A stretch of 64,000 nucleotides of DNA from Acidobacteriota bacterium (GTDB lineage Bacteria; Acidobacteriota; UBA4820; DSQY01), in contig JBMFSH010000012.1 in the NCBI GenBank assembly GCA_049967655.1, positions 5,945 through 69,944 of the forward strand. Reading direction: 5' to 3'. The notes below the pieces were generated by a model. That model was given only the letters and a program-made list of their open reading frames with translations. It did not search any database and was not told the origin of the DNA. The position numbers were made by a program, and so were the translations under genes. Shown here piece after piece: positions 29,285 through 39,724 of this stretch; positions within the stretch are counted from its first letter, which is position 1, and each line of letters starts with the position of its first letter.

Positions 29285-29898
29285 GGGTCGGCGGGAGGGC
29301 TCGCGCCGGCGCGGCCGAAGCTCTCCGCCCCCAGGCGCCGGGCCTCCGCGAGGTAGCCCCGGCGGGCGGCCTCATCCGCCGCCGCCAGGCCGTGAAAGAC
29401 CACGTGCCTCACCTGCCCCACCCCGCAGAGCCGCAGGGTCCAGTCATCCAGGAGGCGCTCCAGGGGCTTCTGGAATCCGAAGGCCTCGTACTGCAGCGCG
29501 CTGGCGCCGGCGGTGTTGAGGACGAGGGCCCTGGAGTGGCGCAGGAGCCCCTCCACCCGGCCGTCCGGCTTGAACCGGAAGGCGAACCCCTCGAAGAAGA
29601 CGCGGTCGAAGAAGCCCTTCATCTCGGCCGGCATGGAGAACCACCAGATGGGAAAGACGAAGGCCAGCCCCTCGGCGCGCAGGACCCGCTCGCGGTAGCC
29701 GGCCACGTCGGGGGGAACGGAGCCCGCCCCGTAGAGCGCGAGGTCCTCCTCCGTGAGCGCCGGCCGGAAGCCCTCGGCGTAGAGATCGGCCAGATCCGGA
29801 TCGTGGCCCGCCTCGCGGAGCCCGGCCAGGAGCGCCGCCGCCACGGCGGCGTTGAAGGAGTCCCGCCTGGGGTGGGCCAGCACCACGAGGATGCGCAC
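29281..29898 (-). CDS. NAD(P)H-dependent oxidoreductase, flavodoxin-like fold (NQO-type)
   Basis: Flavodoxin_2 pattern MRILVVLAHP…. Confidence 0.7.
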   Translation of the reverse strand: MRILVVLAHPRRDSFNAAVAAALLAGLREAGHDPDLADLYAEGFRPALTEEDLALYGAGSVPPDVAGYRERVLRAEGLAFVFPIWWFSMPAEMKGFFDRVFFEGFAFRFKPDGRVEGLLRHSRALVLNTAGASALQYEAFGFQKPLERLLDDWTLRLCGVGQVRHVVFHGLAAADEAARRGYLAEARRLGAESFGRAGASPPADP

Positions 29899-29901
29899 GC
29901 C

Positions 29902-30420
29902 CTAGCCGCCCTGAAAGGCGTCCGAAACCCAGACCAGGAGCACCTCGCCCAGGAAGACCCGGTGGTAGTCCCGGTCCTGGTAGTGCCCCTCCAGCCCCGA
30001 ATCGAGGAAGTGGCCGGGGTCCAGGTCCATGTTGGCCAGGATGCGGCACTCGAAGGAGAGGTCGGCCCCCTCCACCCTCGGCACCGCCACGCGCTCGGAG
30101 GGCAGGGGCTTCAGCCCGGCCGCGGACCACTTGTCCACGTCGCGGCCCGAGAGTGAGCCGCAGAGGTTCAGGGCCTCCCGCCGCTCGGGCGGCAGCACGT
30201 TCAGCGTGAACTCGGGCTGGCTCGCCAGCCGGGTGAAGGTGTGGCGGGTGGGCCGCACGTAGACGGTGACCACCGGGCGGTTCCAGAGGGTCCCGAAGCC
30301 GCCCCACGAGACGGTCATGGGGTTGGGGTTCTGCGCCCCCGCCACCAGAAGGGCCCAGCGCTTGTCCAGGATGTGGAAGGGCCTCAGGGTCAACTCCTCG
30401 GGTTTCACGACGCGCATCAT
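29902..30420 (-). CDS. flavin reductase family protein (FMN-binding split barrel)
   Basis: 172 aa; start MMRVVKPEEL at 30420 with GGAGGTG RBS; the longer upstream ORF is an artifact. Confidence 0.6.
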   Translation of the reverse strand: MMRVVKPEELTLRPFHILDKRWALLVAGAQNPNPMTVSWGGFGTLWNRPVVTVYVRPTRHTFTRLASQPEFTLNVLPPERREALNLCGSLSGRDVDKWSAAGLKPLPSERVAVPRVEGADLSFECRILANMDLDPGHFLDSGLEGHYQDRDYHRVFLGEVLLVWVSDAFQGG

Positions 30421-30461
30421 CACCTCCGTGGCTCCAACAACGCCTCGGCCCGTCACTCCAT

Positions 30462-31037
30462 TCACCGCGCGGCGGAGACCGAGGTCTCCGCCCTGGGAGG
30501 GACGTACTTCCGCATGGCCTTGGCGATCTCCTTCACACAGACCCGGGCCGCTTGCTCGGGCGTCGCCACGAAGAAGCCGGCGAGCGACCAGCGGCCCCGA
30601 AAACGGTAGTCGGCCGACCAGAGGGCCTTGCCGGCCGGGTCCTTGATCACGACGCTCATGGTGGCATCCAGCCAGCGCCGCGAGGCCGGCGGCCCCGCCT
30701 CCGCCGTCGGCTGGCTGGAGGGCCCGGTGGACGGGACGGCTGTGCTCTCCGAACCGTCGGGCAAGGAGGTGGCCAGCCCGGCGGAGCTGTGGAAGACCAC
30801 CTGCACCTCGCCCTGGGCTCCGCTGCCCCCGATGGGCAGGTAGGGCTGAAAGGCCTGGACGACCATGAGGCGGATGGGCACCTCCAGCTCGGGCGAGTCG
30901 GTCTGCACCTGCAACCGGTAGCCGCCCAGGGTCTCCAGCGCGTGCAGGTCCTTCACCGGCCCCGTCTTCATCTGGGAGCAGCCGGCCGCGAGCAACAGGC
31001 CGAGCACGGCGGCCCACCTCGCCACCGCGGGTTTCAT
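30462..31037 (-). CDS. lipoprotein, function unknown
   Basis: signal peptide with lipobox LLAAGCS; start from ORF-track arithmetic. Confidence 0.55.
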   Translation of the reverse strand: MKPAVARWAAVLGLLLAAGCSQMKTGPVKDLHALETLGGYRLQVQTDSPELEVPIRLMVVQAFQPYLPIGGSGAQGEVQVVFHSSAGLATSLPDGSESTAVPSTGPSSQPTAEAGPPASRRWLDATMSVVIKDPAGKALWSADYRFRGRWSLAGFFVATPEQAARVCVKEIAKAMRKYVPPRAETSVSAAR

Positions 31038-32017
31038 GGCGTCCGCCCGGCGCCCGCCTCGGGCGCGGAGGGGTCGACCGGAACGAGGCGCGTCTTGGCG
31101 GCGATGGCCGCCCGGATCTCCGGCAGGAGCTGCCGGGTCGCCGCTTCGCCCGCCTCCATGAGCCGCTTCTTCTGGGTGAAGTCGTCGAAGGCCACGCCCG
31201 AGACGTCGGGCCGGATGACCACGTCGGCCTCCCGCAGGCGGCACTGGGTGATCTGCTCCTGCATGATGGCCACCCCTTGGTAGGCCACTTCCAGGGCGTT
31301 GCCGGGGGCCTTCAGGGGGAGCCCCCGGGGGATGGCCACGGCGATGACCACGCCGGCCCCGAGCTGCCGGGCCACGTCGGCGGGGACCGGGTCCACTACC
31401 CCGCCGTCCACGTAGGTGGCCTCCCCGATCTGAACGGGGACGAAGACTCCCGGAATGGCGCAGGAGGCATGGACGGCCCGGGCCACCGACCCCCGCTGAA
31501 ACACGATGGGCCTTCCCGTGGACAGATCCACGGCCACGGCGGCGAAGGGCACCTTCATCTCCTCGATGTTGGCGTGTTTCAGGTGGGTGCGGAGGAAGGA
31601 CTCCAGCCCCTGGCCCTGGACCAAGCCGCCGGAAAAGAAGGAGAGGGCGCTGTAGTCGAAGAGGTCCGACTCCTTCACGGCCACGGCCATGAACTCGGCG
31701 TCGAGCACCCGGCCCGAATCGGCGTACATGGCGCCCACGAGGCTGCCCACGGAGGTTCCCACCACCAGGTCGACGGGGATCTTCTCCTGCTCCAGCACGC
31801 GCAGGACGCCGATCTCGGCGAAGCCCCGGGCGCCGCCGCCGCCGAGGGCGAGGCCCACCTTGGGCGGGACGCTCCGCATGGCCTGCGGCGGCTGGGCCAC
31901 GGGCGGCCGCGCGGGGGCGCAGCCGAGGGGCAGGAGGAGGAGCACGGTGAGGAGGAGCGCGCCCGTCGCGGGCGAGTCCGTTCGCGAAGGCGCGGGGCGT
32001 GTCTCGGGCAGGTGCAT
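31034..32017 (-). CDS. patatin-like phospholipase family lipoprotein
   Basis: GGGARG and GTSVGS motifs, DGG, lipobox PLGC. Confidence 0.75.
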   Translation of the reverse strand: MHLPETRPAPSRTDSPATGALLLTVLLLLPLGCAPARPPVAQPPQAMRSVPPKVGLALGGGGARGFAEIGVLRVLEQEKIPVDLVVGTSVGSLVGAMYADSGRVLDAEFMAVAVKESDLFDYSALSFFSGGLVQGQGLESFLRTHLKHANIEEMKVPFAAVAVDLSTGRPIVFQRGSVARAVHASCAIPGVFVPVQIGEATYVDGGVVDPVPADVARQLGAGVVIAVAIPRGLPLKAPGNALEVAYQGVAIMQEQITQCRLREADVVIRPDVSGVAFDDFTQKKRLMEAGEAATRQLLPEIRAAIAAKTRLVPVDPSAPEAGAGRTP

Positions 32018-32111
32018 GGGCGGATCCCTCCGGGTGAGGGGCCCTTCTCCCCCGGCCTGAAGGCGCGGCACGAAGAGCCCCACCCGAGTGTAGGAAGGTG
32101 GAGGGCGGGAG

Positions 32112-32531
32112 TCAAACGGAGGGAGGTGCGCCGCCCAACTCGAAAAGGCGCCTGACCTCGGAGGGGGTCACGGGGCTCACGGAGAGGCGCGACTGCCGGA
32201 GAAGCACCATGCCGCCCAGGGCCGGGTCGGCCCGCATGGCCGCCAGATCCACGGGGCGCGGAAGCGGGCTCACCGGCTCCAGGTCCACGCAGGCCCAATC
32301 GCCCGCTTCGGCCGTCGGGTCCGGGTAGGCCTCCCGCGCCACCTTCGCCGTTCCCACCACGCTCCGCTCCCCGCCCGAGTGGTAGAAGAGGCAAAGCTCC
32401 CCCTCCCGCATGGCGCGCAGGTGGTTGCGGGCCTGGAAGTTGCGCACGCCGGTCCAGGCCGTGCGCCCCTCGCGCACAAGATCGTGCCAACCGTACTCCT
32501 CGGGATCGCTCTTGAGAAGCCAGAAAGCCAT
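32112..32531 (-). CDS. EVE (PUA-like) domain protein
   Basis: 139 aa, MAFWLLKSDPEEYGW…. Confidence 0.7.
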   Translation of the reverse strand: MAFWLLKSDPEEYGWHDLVREGRTAWTGVRNFQARNHLRAMREGELCLFYHSGGERSVVGTAKVAREAYPDPTAEAGDWACVDLEPVSPLPRPVDLAAMRADPALGGMVLLRQSRLSVSPVTPSEVRRLFELGGAPPSV

Positions 32532-32533
32532 GC

Positions 32534-33001
32534 CTAGACCAGCCCCCTGAGGTCCACGAGGACCTTGTCCATGTGGCCCTTGGCGCTGACCCTCGGATAG
32601 ACCTTCAGGAGCGTGCCGTCGCGCCCCGCCACGAAGGTGCTCCGGATCATGCCCATGGAGCGCCTCCCGTAGAGCACCTTCTCGCCCCAGGCCCCCACGG
32701 CCTCGCTGAGGGTACCCTCGACGTCGCTCAGCAGGGTGAAGGGGAGCTGGTGCCGCTCGATGAAGGCCGCGTGGGACTTGACCGAGTCCCTGGAGACGCC
32801 GGCCACGGCGTAGCCCAGCTTCCGGAACTCCTCCAAGCGGTCACGGAAGCCCTGGGCCTCCAGGGTGCAGCCGGGGGTGTTGTCCTTCGGGTAGAAGTAA
32901 AGCACGAGCCCCTTCGGCCCCGTCAGATCGGAGAATGACCTCTCCCGCCCGTCCTGGTCGGGAAGCTTGAAGAGTGGTAGCTTCTGGCCCTTTTCCAGCA
33001 T
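32534..33001 (-). CDS. bcp: thioredoxin-dependent peroxiredoxin Bcp
   Basis: …YFYPKDNTPGCTLEA…. Confidence 0.85.
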   Translation of the reverse strand: MLEKGQKLPLFKLPDQDGRERSFSDLTGPKGLVLYFYPKDNTPGCTLEAQGFRDRLEEFRKLGYAVAGVSRDSVKSHAAFIERHQLPFTLLSDVEGTLSEAVGAWGEKVLYGRRSMGMIRSTFVAGRDGTLLKVYPRVSAKGHMDKVLVDLRGLV

Positions 33002-33158
33002 GGTCGCCTCTCCCTCTATGAGGGGTGCCGCCGTCTCGCGGCGGTGAATCCCCCTTTTTTTATTTTAACCCGCGAGGAGCGCCCCCTCTTCCATTCAGCC
33101 TGAACCGGTTCCCTCTGTGCCCCTGCGTCTCTGTGGTCAGCCTCTCCTTCGCGCCTCC

Positions 33159-33293
33159 AAATTCCGCGATGGAGCGCGGGTGCCTCCGGCTGCTGTTCGG
33201 GTTCACCGGGGAAAGGCGTTGTCTCCTGGGCGGGGAGGGCCATTCCCTCCCCGCCCCACGGGCAAAGCCCGATGGGGCCCCACCTCCACCTGG
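33159..33293 (+). repeat. structured intergenic repeat, copy 3
   Basis: aligns to copy 1 over about 125 nt; lies in a divergent promoter region. Confidence 0.7.
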
Positions 33294-33321
33294 ACCTCGC
33301 TCCCGCGCTATACTCGCCGCG

Positions 33322-34349
33322 TGAAGGCCCCGCTCTCCCCCCTCCGCCTCTACCTCGCCGGGATCAAGATCACGGTCTCCAACCCCGAGCTCCCCCTCTG
33401 GCAGTGGGGCGCAGCCCTCGTGCTGGGCGTCGGCTCCCTCGCCCCCCTGGCCGCCGGGGCCTTCTACCTCTTCCATCCCCTGTGGGCCTCCGGCCTCCGA
33501 CACGAGAGCCCCGATGCCCTTCTGCTTCGAGTGCTGGAGGTGCTCATCCCCCGCCTGCCGTCCCTCTTCCTCCTCGCCGCCCTCTTCCTCCTCTGGGTGG
33601 CCCTCCTTTGCCTGCCCTACCTGTACGTCCAGGCGGGCCTCGCCGGCCTTCTCGCCTCGGCCTTCTTGCGCCTGCCTCCGGAGGGGCCGGCCTCCTCCTC
33701 CCGCCTCGGTTACTCGAAGGCCTTCCGCTGCTTCCGCTATGCCGAGTTCCGCGAAGAGGCCCGCCGGCGAGTCTGGGCCGTGAGCCTGCTCGCCTCCTAC
33801 TACTCGCTCGCCGGCCTGGCCCTGGCGGCGGCCGTTCCCCTCGCGGGGTTCGCCCTCCACGCCCTCCTCCGCCCGAACCCGTGGGCGACCTATGCCGGGC
33901 TCCTCGGCGCCGGGGCTTTGGCCGTGGCCGAGGTCCCCCTCTTCGTGCTCCTCAAGGTCCACGCCCGCTACGCCCTGGCCTGCCTCGTGCTCTTCGACCT
34001 CCCGCCCGGCCGGAGCGTGGCGAGGGCCACCCGGCTCTTCCGGAGCCGGCCCCTCCCGGTGCTGGCCCTTTTCGGCATCGGCCTCCTCCTCGCCCTCATC
34101 CTGGCGGGGCTCTTCGCCGCGCTGGACGCCCCGATCGAGCTCCTCTCCTGGATTCCGCGGGCGAGCCTGTGGCTCGTGGGGCTCCGCGTGCTCCTGGCCC
34201 TGCTCCAGAACCTGGGAGGACAGGGGCTGAAGGTGGCGGGGCTCGGGGCAGCCATGGCGCTCTGCCGCGAGGAGGCCGGGCGCCCGGCTCCGGGGCCGCC
34301 GCGGCCGCGGGGCCGCCTTCCGGTTGACAGCTCCGCGGCCGCGGGGTAA
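33322..34349 (+). CDS. hypothetical polytopic membrane protein
   Basis: multiple TM helices; putative GTG start. Confidence 0.45.
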
Positions 34350-34355
34350 AAAGCC

Positions 34356-34988
34356 GTGGAGCGAGGTGAGCCCGTGGCCCAAAGAGCGAAGCCCTCCGAA
34401 CCCGAACCCTCCGGCCGTACGCTGGTGGTGGCCGCCACCGGCGCCAGCGGCGCGCGCCTGGCGGTGCGCTTCCTCGGCCACCTCCTGGCCCATCCCGGCG
34501 TCGGGGCCGTGCACTTCGTGGGTTCGCGCGCCTTCGCCCTCGTGGCCTCCCGCGAGGAGGGGAGGAAGCTTCCCGAGATGCTCAAGGGGCTGACCGGGCG
34601 GGAGAAGCTGCACCTCTACCAGGAGGAGCAGCTCGACGCCTGCGTCTCCTCGGGCTCCTTCCCGGTGGACGGCACGGTCATCATTCCGGCGAGCATGTCC
34701 ACGGTGGGCGCCGTCGCCTCGGGCGCCGGCAGGACCCTCTGCCACCGCGTGGCCGAGGTGGCCCTCAAGGAGCGCCGCCCCCTCATCTTGGTCCCCCGCG
34801 AGACCCCCCTCTCCCTGATCCACCTGCGGAACCTCGCCACCCTGGCCGAGGCCGGCGCCCTCATCGCCCCCTTCATCCCCGCCTTCTACCAGAGGCCGGC
34901 CTCCGTCGAGGCCCTGATGGACCACTTCTTCATGCGCCTCTTCGACCACCTGGGCCTGCCCTCCGCCCTCTCCACGCGATGGGCCTGA
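34356..34988 (+). CDS. ubiX: flavin prenyltransferase UbiX
   Basis: flavoprotein fold typical of UbiX/Pad1. Confidence 0.8.
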   Translation: MERGEPVAQRAKPSEPEPSGRTLVVAATGASGARLAVRFLGHLLAHPGVGAVHFVGSRAFALVASREEGRKLPEMLKGLTGREKLHLYQEEQLDACVSSGSFPVDGTVIIPASMSTVGAVASGAGRTLCHRVAEVALKERRPLILVPRETPLSLIHLRNLATLAEAGALIAPFIPAFYQRPASVEALMDHFFMRLFDHLGLPSALSTRWA

Positions 34989-35860
34989 GACACTTCGGGC
35001 GGCGGCTCTGGGCCGTCCTGGACATGATCAAGGTCCACCACACCATCTTCGCCCTGCCCTTCGCCCTGCTCGCCATGCTCTGGGCCGCGCGCGGCTGGCC
35101 CTCCTGGCGGACCTTCGGCTGGATCCTTTTGGCCATGGTGGCGGCGCGCTCGGCGGCCATGACCTTCAACCGCATCGCGGACCGCCGCTACGACGTGGAG
35201 AACCCGCGCACCTCCCGCTGGCCCCTCTCCACCGGCGCCGTCTCCCTCCCCTTCGCCTGGGGCTTCCTCGCCGCGTGCGTGCTCCTGCTCCTGCTCGCCG
35301 CCTGGCGGCTCAACCCCCTCTGCCTCGCCCTGGCCCCCCTCGCCCTGGCCGTCCTCCTCGGCTACTCCCTCACCAAGCGCTTCACCGTCTTCTGCCACCT
35401 CTTCCTCGGCTTCGCCGACGGCATCTCGGCCCCCGGCGCCTGGATCGCCGTGACGGGGACCCTGCACGGCTCCGCCCCCGCCTGGTGGCTCTGCGGCGCC
35501 ATGACCGCATGGATCGGCGGCTTCGACCTCCTCTACGCCCTCCAGGACCTCGCCTTCGACCGCGAGAAGGGGCTCTACTCCTTCCCGGCGCGCTACGGCG
35601 TGCGGCCCGCCCTCCGCCTCTCCACCGCCGCCCACCTCGCCACCGTCGCCTGCCTGATCGCCGCCGGCCTCGGCGCCGGCGCCGGATGGCTCTTTTACGC
35701 CGGCGTCGCCGCCACCCTCCTCCTCCTCCTCTACGAGCACAGCCTCGTCAAGCCCGGCGACCTCAGCCGCCTCGGCAAGGCCTTTTTCACCGTCAACGGC
35801 TACATCGCCATCGGCCTCTTCCTCGTCGCCGCCGCCGATTTGTGGATGGGCAAGAGGTAG
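34979..35860 (+). CDS. ubiA: UbiA-family aromatic prenyltransferase
   Basis: NRIADRRYD and D-rich motifs, about 8 TM helices. Confidence 0.8.
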   Translation: MGLRHFGRRLWAVLDMIKVHHTIFALPFALLAMLWAARGWPSWRTFGWILLAMVAARSAAMTFNRIADRRYDVENPRTSRWPLSTGAVSLPFAWGFLAACVLLLLLAAWRLNPLCLALAPLALAVLLGYSLTKRFTVFCHLFLGFADGISAPGAWIAVTGTLHGSAPAWWLCGAMTAWIGGFDLLYALQDLAFDREKGLYSFPARYGVRPALRLSTAAHLATVACLIAAGLGAGAGWLFYAGVAATLLLLLYEHSLVKPGDLSRLGKAFFTVNGYIAIGLFLVAAADLWMGKR

Positions 35861-36329
35861 GGCAGAGGTGCGGAGGAGCAGAGGAGCAAGGTCTCCCGTT
35901 TCTGGCGCACCGTTCCCCCGTCATCCCGTGGGACACCCCCGGCAGGCCGGGCGGAGCCCGGGGGGATGGAATGCGCCGGCCGAGCTTCCCGGCCTTGTGG
36001 AACGGGTCCCCGATCTCCGGCTCCTCCTCGAAGGCGTTGTCGGCGGCGCTCATGACCTCGCTGATCCACCGCTTGGCCTCGTCGATCCTCTGGTTCACGG
36101 GGACGTTGCCCGTGCTGAAGGCGGTCTTGGCATCCGCCTGAGTCCCGAAGGCGGCGCGGATCTCCTCCAGGAGCTTCTCCAGCTCGTCCACCTTGGCCGG
36201 CGGGAACTTGTCCGCCAGCTCCTTCGCGTGCGCCCTAGCCACCGCCACCGACACGCCGCCCTGCTCGATCATCCGCTGCGCCGAGAACCTCGACCCGATG
36301 ACAACCAGCTCCTGTTCGCCGTTAGCCAT
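35793..36329 (-). CDS. hypothetical protein with low-complexity C-terminal tail
   Basis: ORF with a conserved-looking N-terminal ~110 aa; the tail overlaps the ubiA 3' end. Confidence 0.35.
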   Translation of the reverse strand: MANGEQELVVIGSRFSAQRMIEQGGVSVAVARAHAKELADKFPPAKVDELEKLLEEIRAAFGTQADAKTAFSTGNVPVNQRIDEAKRWISEVMSAADNAFEEEPEIGDPFHKAGKLGRRIPSPRAPPGLPGVSHGMTGERCARNGRPCSSAPPHLCPTSCPSTNRRRRRGRGRWRCSR

Positions 36330-36551
36330 GCGACCTTCCCCTCCACGAACGCGCCCGTTCCCCACATCCGGCGCGGCCTCACGCTCCGCCGCCCCCTTGG
36401 AACCGATGATTGGATGGCGCCGTCCTAACAGAAGGACGTCAGAAAGGCAAAGCAGACCCTCTGTCCCCCATGGCGCTCGCAGGTTTCGGAGAGAGCGAGC
36501 CCCCAGGGCGTCCTGGGGGTTCGCCCGTCCAGGGCTGCGGTGAGCAGCTCT

Positions 36552-38564
36552 TCACGGGCATCTCGTGGAATCGTAAGATTGCCCGTCGTCAATGGGCGTA
36601 TCCTTCTGATCGTGCGGAACGCCAACTCTCACGGTGCCGCTGCAAGTGCCACCCTTCCCATCGCCGGCGGTGAACGAGATGGCATACACACGCCCGTTGC
36701 CCGTCCCCGAGCGCTCGGCGCGCACCTGCGCCTGGGCAGAACCCACTCCAAAGCCGTCGGGGCACGTATCTCCGTCGCCCAAGCCATTGGTGGGCTCGTC
36801 CTGCGTGATGCCGGTGATCTGGATGGTCACCGGATCGCCGTCCGGATCGGTGACGCCCGTGATCGCGATGGAGACCAGCTTGTGGTTGGGGGGCCAGAGC
36901 AGGGCCGGGCTTGCCGAGGCCTGGCTGCAATCGGGAGGGCGGTTAGGAGGCATCACGCCGGTCGCCACTTGAAGCTGGTTCGACGCGCAATTGTTGCTTT
37001 CGTTCGTCTCGAAGACCTGGTGGTCCGCGTCCGCGCAGGCGTCGAGGTAGTAATTGCCAGCGGGCAGGTTCGGCGGAATGACGTAGGGCGCCGTTTCCAC
37101 CGAGCTCTTCTCGCCAGGGGCGAGGGCAGGGATGGCGCGTTCCCCGACGACCGTCGCGGTTGCCGGATCGACCGGACTCGAGGTCGAGAGGTAATATCGC
37201 GTGATGCTCGGGCCGGCGGGGAGAATCCCTATGTTCATCGTCGTCTCGGTAATGTAAAAGGTCTGGCCCGGGGCGGAGATGAGCAGCGGGGGAATGAAGA
37301 TTGGCACGGTGAGATCCGGTCCACCCGTCCAGGAGACCGTGACGGGTTCCGAGAAGACACCGTTGGCTGTGCAATCGGTGAGCGACTCGCCTTGTCGTCC
37401 GTGGCTCTTTCCGGTAGGTGTGCCCTTTCCTTTCGTGGCTGCGCCCTGCCGGGCGTACAACATTCCCGTGTTCGCCCGCAAGGTGTCCACACCGACCTTG
37501 GTACCTGTATACGTAAAGCTGAAGGTCCCGTCGCCCGCCGTGGTCCCGTGGGTTCCCTGGCCGCGCTGTGGGCCGTCGGTCACCTCAATGTCGACGTAGT
37601 TGTTCGCGATGGGCTGGCCGTTGGCGACATTCACCAACATGGCCGTCGCGGTATGTGGCTGGCCAATCGCATGCGTGGCTGACGCCGGTGTCAGGGTGAG
37701 CTTGGGCGCGCAGGGCCAAGGAAGATTCTGTTGCAGGTAGAGGGCGTTGTAGTACACGAGCGCGTAGCCCTCGCTCGTGCGCTGCGAGGGCGCCGCGGCC
37801 TGAGTCGCATCGATCACCGCCTGGAGCTTCGCGTTCACCATGGCTTGGTCCTGCGCTACCGCCGCTTGACGGGCGGCGGAAAGGTTGGATTGAATCGTCG
37901 AGAGCAAGGCCGCATCCGAAATCCATCCAAGCTGGCCGGCGGTGGCAACATCGCTAATGAATTCGTTCCAATGAGCAAACGAGCCTGGATCCACACCCAA
38001 GGGACCAAGGGTCTGAACTTTTCGGATATAGCTGAGATTGATCGGATCCGATTCGCTGGGGAGCAACTCCCCCCCCTCGTAGGTAGCCAATGCATCGAGG
38101 TAGGGTTGGATCCATGGGTTGATCCACGCTTCACGAATGGTGGGTGGCCGCGGCGACTGGAAGCTGAACGGACCGGCACTCGTACCAGGTGATGGCGGGT
38201 TGGGCATATCATCCCACATCGCCCAGTCCACGAAGGGCTGATTGGGCACGAGAACGAAAGGTGGTTGAGGGGGATTCGAGACAATACCTATTGGTGCCCA
38301 GCCTGCCGACGAACCGAGCGTGACGGAGGTTTCTGCCCCGCCTACGACAATCTCAAAATCCGAGAGCTCTGCGGTGTTTGAGGCTGGGTTGGTCAAGGTA
38401 TATCCGTACATGTACGAGCCTGAATTGGGATCCTCGGTGACTGCCACTTGTATGGTTATGCCTTGAAACACTGGCGGTACGGGCTGCGCCCGAAGCGCCA
38501 CCGAGAACAGAGAGACCATGAGCCAGCCCAGGCAAGCAGTACGCCCACAAAATTTTGTAACCAT
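36552..38564 (-). CDS. secreted CARDB-domain protein with conserved C-terminal LWPPNHK…LRAERSG…VPHDQ domain
   Basis: signal peptide; CARDB motif …YYLDACADADHQVFETNESNN…; lower GC than surroundings. Confidence 0.65.
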   Translation of the reverse strand: MVTKFCGRTACLGWLMVSLFSVALRAQPVPPVFQGITIQVAVTEDPNSGSYMYGYTLTNPASNTAELSDFEIVVGGAETSVTLGSSAGWAPIGIVSNPPQPPFVLVPNQPFVDWAMWDDMPNPPSPGTSAGPFSFQSPRPPTIREAWINPWIQPYLDALATYEGGELLPSESDPINLSYIRKVQTLGPLGVDPGSFAHWNEFISDVATAGQLGWISDAALLSTIQSNLSAARQAAVAQDQAMVNAKLQAVIDATQAAAPSQRTSEGYALVYYNALYLQQNLPWPCAPKLTLTPASATHAIGQPHTATAMLVNVANGQPIANNYVDIEVTDGPQRGQGTHGTTAGDGTFSFTYTGTKVGVDTLRANTGMLYARQGAATKGKGTPTGKSHGRQGESLTDCTANGVFSEPVTVSWTGGPDLTVPIFIPPLLISAPGQTFYITETTMNIGILPAGPSITRYYLSTSSPVDPATATVVGERAIPALAPGEKSSVETAPYVIPPNLPAGNYYLDACADADHQVFETNESNNCASNQLQVATGVMPPNRPPDCSQASASPALLWPPNHKLVSIAITGVTDPDGDPVTIQITGITQDEPTNGLGDGDTCPDGFGVGSAQAQVRAERSGTGNGRVYAISFTAGDGKGGTCSGTVRVGVPHDQKDTPIDDGQSYDSTRCP

Positions 38565-38789
38565 GGCTCAGCCTCCAACCAATTCATAGTGGATTTCTTG
38601 TTTTTCATAGCGAGTAAGCAGCAGGGCTGCTGCGAGGCGATTGAGAAGGTTCTCCTGAACGCGGGCTGCCGCTCCGCCCCCGATCCACGGGGCAGCAGTG
38701 GTTCACGTCGGCGGACGTGCCCACCCGGTGGAGCTCATGTGGGCAGTCCCAGTTGTCCTGGAAATCCAAAATACCCCCCCAGGGAAGGC

Positions 38790-39553
38790 TCATATCGTTG
38801 AAGGAAAGCCTGACCCACACCCCGTCATGTTGTGGTAGCTGGCCCGGTAATTCTGGGCGAGTTGCACCAGCTTTTTGGCCATCGCTGGTTTCACGTAATC
38901 ACCCACAGGATGATCCCCGGCATTACGGACAACCACGAGAGAGGGATCCGAAGGGAGTTCGACAAGCCCGTCCACGTGAAGCCGGACGCCCATTTGAGAG
39001 TAGCCCGTGCGGCCGCTGGGGTCGGAAGGGTCCACGTGCCAGCAGTCGTCAGGAACAATGTGGTAGTTAGGGGAGCGATGCACCGGGCTGTGATTCGAAC
39101 CACTCCGGAGCACTGTGGATGGTACTTGTAGCCTGTCCATATTTGTCCGCCGGTGTCGCCGGTGAAGGTGTTCGTATCCGCAACACCCGAGAGATCCGAA
39201 TACAGACCGCCCGTCGTCATGGCGACGTCGCCCGAGCGCGGGTGGACGTGACCGCCTTCGTAATACAGAATCGTGGCGGGATCTTGCAGGCCATCTGTGG
39301 AAAAGAACTCTGTCCAGTCCTCGTGGCAATTCAGCGGTAATCCGGTGTAGAGGTCGTAGCACCCTACCTGAAAGGCGTCGAAGTCAAGTGGCACTGCGCG
39401 CAGGGAGGAACACTTCCCATAAGTCTGTGGGATGGTAGGGCTTGCGTCCCACCAGTACCAGGGCAGCTCGGTTTGAGCGTATGTTCCCAGGCTCAGTACA
39501 AGAGTAAGCAGGGTAACCGTGAGAATGACCGTGGTGCCGCCGAGACGAACCAT
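38790..39553 (-). pseudogene. secreted hypothetical hydrolase-like protein, frameshifted
   Basis: coding sense switches frame near 39100-39135 between overlapping ORFs 38891..39613 and 38790..39362; strong AAGGAGG RBS before ATG 39553. Confidence 0.5.
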
Positions 39554-39724
39554 ACAAACCTCCTTTCCAGGCAACGAGCTAGTTGATGGTATGTATGGTC
39601 CCCAATTCTTCACATATCAATGGTTTCTGTGTTGAAACCCCTCCCTGTCTTACCGCCCCTCCTCCGTACAAGTCACGTCCCCCGCCCGTGGTGTGGTATG
39701 CTGAAGTCATCTCCGGAGGACTTC

